This document shows, piece by piece, positions 61,701 through 64,000 of a stretch of DNA of 64,000 nucleotides. Within the stretch, counting starts at the first letter, position 1, and the number at the start of each line of letters is the position of its first letter. The notes beneath the pieces were generated by a model. That model saw only the letters and a list, made by a program, of their open reading frames with translations. It did not search any database and was not told where the DNA came from. Source of the stretch: Phoronis australis. Taxonomy: Eukaryota > Animalia > Phoronida. Made by a program: the position numbers and the translations under genes. The stretch is taken from contig NMRA01000132.1 of assembly GCA_002633005.1 (NCBI GenBank), positions 496,001 to 560,000 of the forward strand. The letters run 5' to 3'.

Positions 61701-62380
61701 CGATTCTTTGCTTTATTTACCCAAAGTGCACGGTGCTGCTAGCTTATAACTTGCTAATCGCTAGTGCTAGCCATTCTTACATCTAGTAAATGGCGCAGTT
61801 AGTCACTATAGTTGGAATTGGTTGGATATGGTCACTTTGTAGTACAGTTGCATGGCGACTTGCACTGGTAGTCAGATGAAGAGGGCTTTGGTGATGGAAA
61901 GTTTCCGTGGAATGTGATTGGCTAAAATTAACTTTGCAAGGCATTTAATCTAACACGGTCTTCTTGTGATTTCATAAATGTTTACAATTTAACTCGTATT
62001 ATAGTAATGTGTTCTGGTTTGTGTTTAGTTACGTGTTGTGCTGTTTGTGATAAGTGTCAATCATATTTCGCCCTACGTAACTGTTTGTGCTGTCTCACTT
62101 GTTGATGTGAGGCCATAATTTTTTTTATTTCGTTACGATGACTTAAAGTTGTATCAAAAACTATGAGAATATAACGAGGTGTCTAAAACGAATTTTTTGC
62201 TTGTCTTATACTTTAATGTAAGACATTTCAAAAATTAAATGTTATCGAATAACAAAATTCTTTTGTACATTCACCTTGTGTAGTTTATGTAATCTATACT
62301 CTCCCTGTGTGGTGTGGTTCTGGTTGTTTGATTATGAGCACACTGTTACTGAAATATTCCACTTACTCATTGTACTACAG

Positions 62381-62456
62381 CTGGAAGAGACTAAAGATCT
62401 GGACAAGCGGAGGGAAATTAGAACTGCCATGAGGGAACTGCGAGCGCAGATCAGAG
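62381..62456 (+). CDS. SMTN: Smoothelin-like exon (motif 3 core); gene continues past the window
   Basis: Acceptor tactacag; translates LEETKDLDKRREIRTAMRELRAQIR; donor G|GTTTGA. No stop codon or CH domain is reached. Confidence 0.88.
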
Positions 62457-64000
62457 GTTTGAACTATTTTCAAACTAAACTGCTCCCCGTCCCGTCTTCT
62501 GTTTACTTTTTGCATTAGCATTTTTAACAACAGAAGGGCGACTTGTTTGGTAGGATAAAAATCCCTACTTCATTTAGACACGGAATTCTGTTGTAGAAAT
62601 CTTAAATAAATTCTGATGCATGGTTGTGGTTTGGGCCCCAGGGCACCAGCTACCGGGCCACAGTCCCTGCCTTATATTCTCCTAAATATCAATTGTCTCA
62701 AACTGTTTTTCTACCAAGTGAAGTAATAAAGTAAGGGGTGGTGACTTTTTACAGTGACATCAGTTACACATACAATGTCAAATCTGCTCTGCTCTTCTCA
62801 TTAAATTTGAATACGGAAATTATCCTCTTATTTTTTCCAAAAACAGTCTCCAAAATGGTCATTTTTCCATTTTTCAAAAGCTTCTTATTTTTTGCAAATA
62901 GGAATTTCAGCAAATTTTTTATACGACATCCACATGCTTCACTCCAGACTGTAATGCTTTTAATATGTACTTTAATTTGTGGAGAAATTTTTAACAAAAT
63001 AGAATTTCACTCATTGACCATCTTGTGTGCTTAACAAGTGAAGAATTACAGCTGTACTCGGTTTTTATTTCTCATGCAGTAGTATCTATTGAAAACACAA
63101 GCTGCTCAATTCTCGTGTCCAATATTTCTGTTCATGTTCTGCCCACAATGCATGTAGGAGCCATTAAACTGGTGTTGAGCTTCATAAAAAGCAATTGAGG
63201 ACCAAGTATCTATTGTCATCCTTTGTAGGTACTGTGTAAACTAGCTCTAATAAACCCATTCATTGAAATTCTGAACGACTAATTTGTCCGAGGTTTTCTC
63301 TGATATTCTGAGTGCATTTGTTTTCTGTCTCCATCTTCGAATGGAAGATATCATTTTTTGTGAGTCATCCATGTGAGGTTTGCACATTTCTGAAAAGGCT
63401 TGTTCTCATTTTGACAGCGGGCGGTAAAATTAAAAACTGGTGAGAGGTTTTATGACATCTACATATATGTATTTAAATTTTTCAGACTGTTAGAAGTACT
63501 TTTGAATAGTTTTATCCACTATTCCTGCAACATGTTTGACCATGCGTAACTGCTGTTTGAAACTAACTTTTGATTTAAGACACTTGTTTTGTTACAAAAC
63601 CAGTCTTATATTGTTTCATACTCATATGGCGGACTGGTGAAACTTTATTTTGTCAAATTTCTGAAAAAAAACAAATATTGAAAAAATTCTGGGCTGCTGT
63701 TAGCTTAGTTTGTAGTGTGCAGATGTCATAAAACAAAATTTATTAGAGTTTACATAATTAACATTAAAGTAAACATTCTTTGAAAAATAGAAAATTTAAA
63801 ATGACAATTTTAGCAATTATTTTTTGTGCGAAATAGGTGAAGGTTACCATAGAAATGATTCTAGGTTTGACGAGAACTGACGTGGCATTTTTGCTTCAGA
63901 CTACACGCATTAAGTGGCTTGTTATGGTCAGTTAATATTTGCAATAAATTTCAGTTCAAATAAAAACTAAGCCTGCAATGACGTTGGGTTTGGAAAAGTA

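Overview
This is AT-rich, intron-containing animal DNA, probably from an invertebrate; the taxon cannot be fixed from the sequence. It holds three spliced genes. (1) The 3' five exons of an M19 membrane-dipeptidase (DPEP-like) gene lie on + at 1-3504, and the protein ends without a GPI signal. (2) A complete two-coding-exon protein-tyrosine sulfotransferase (TPST, about 385 aa) lies on - at 16901-9789, with a decayed Ty3/gypsy element in its intron. (3) The 5' part of a smoothelin-like gene runs on + from 35987 past the window end; it appears to start with a Met-only exon and has three smoothelin motifs built from a repeated exon pair. The rest is transposon debris: LINE, Penelope with degenerate hammerhead cores, hAT/BED, THAP, Harbinger- and Kolobok-type MITEs, and an unclassified TG..CA insert with a 6-bp TSD. 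Two roughly 2.5 kb tandem duplications joined at single Ns look like uncollapsed haplotypes. I see no rRNA, intact tRNA, CRISPR array or prokaryotic system, and no clearly new biological system is demonstrated. The best leads are the smoothelin exon-pair expansion, the unclassified element, the GPI-less dipeptidase and a sharp CpG-depletion boundary. All homology calls are by eye from remembered motifs; no searches were run.
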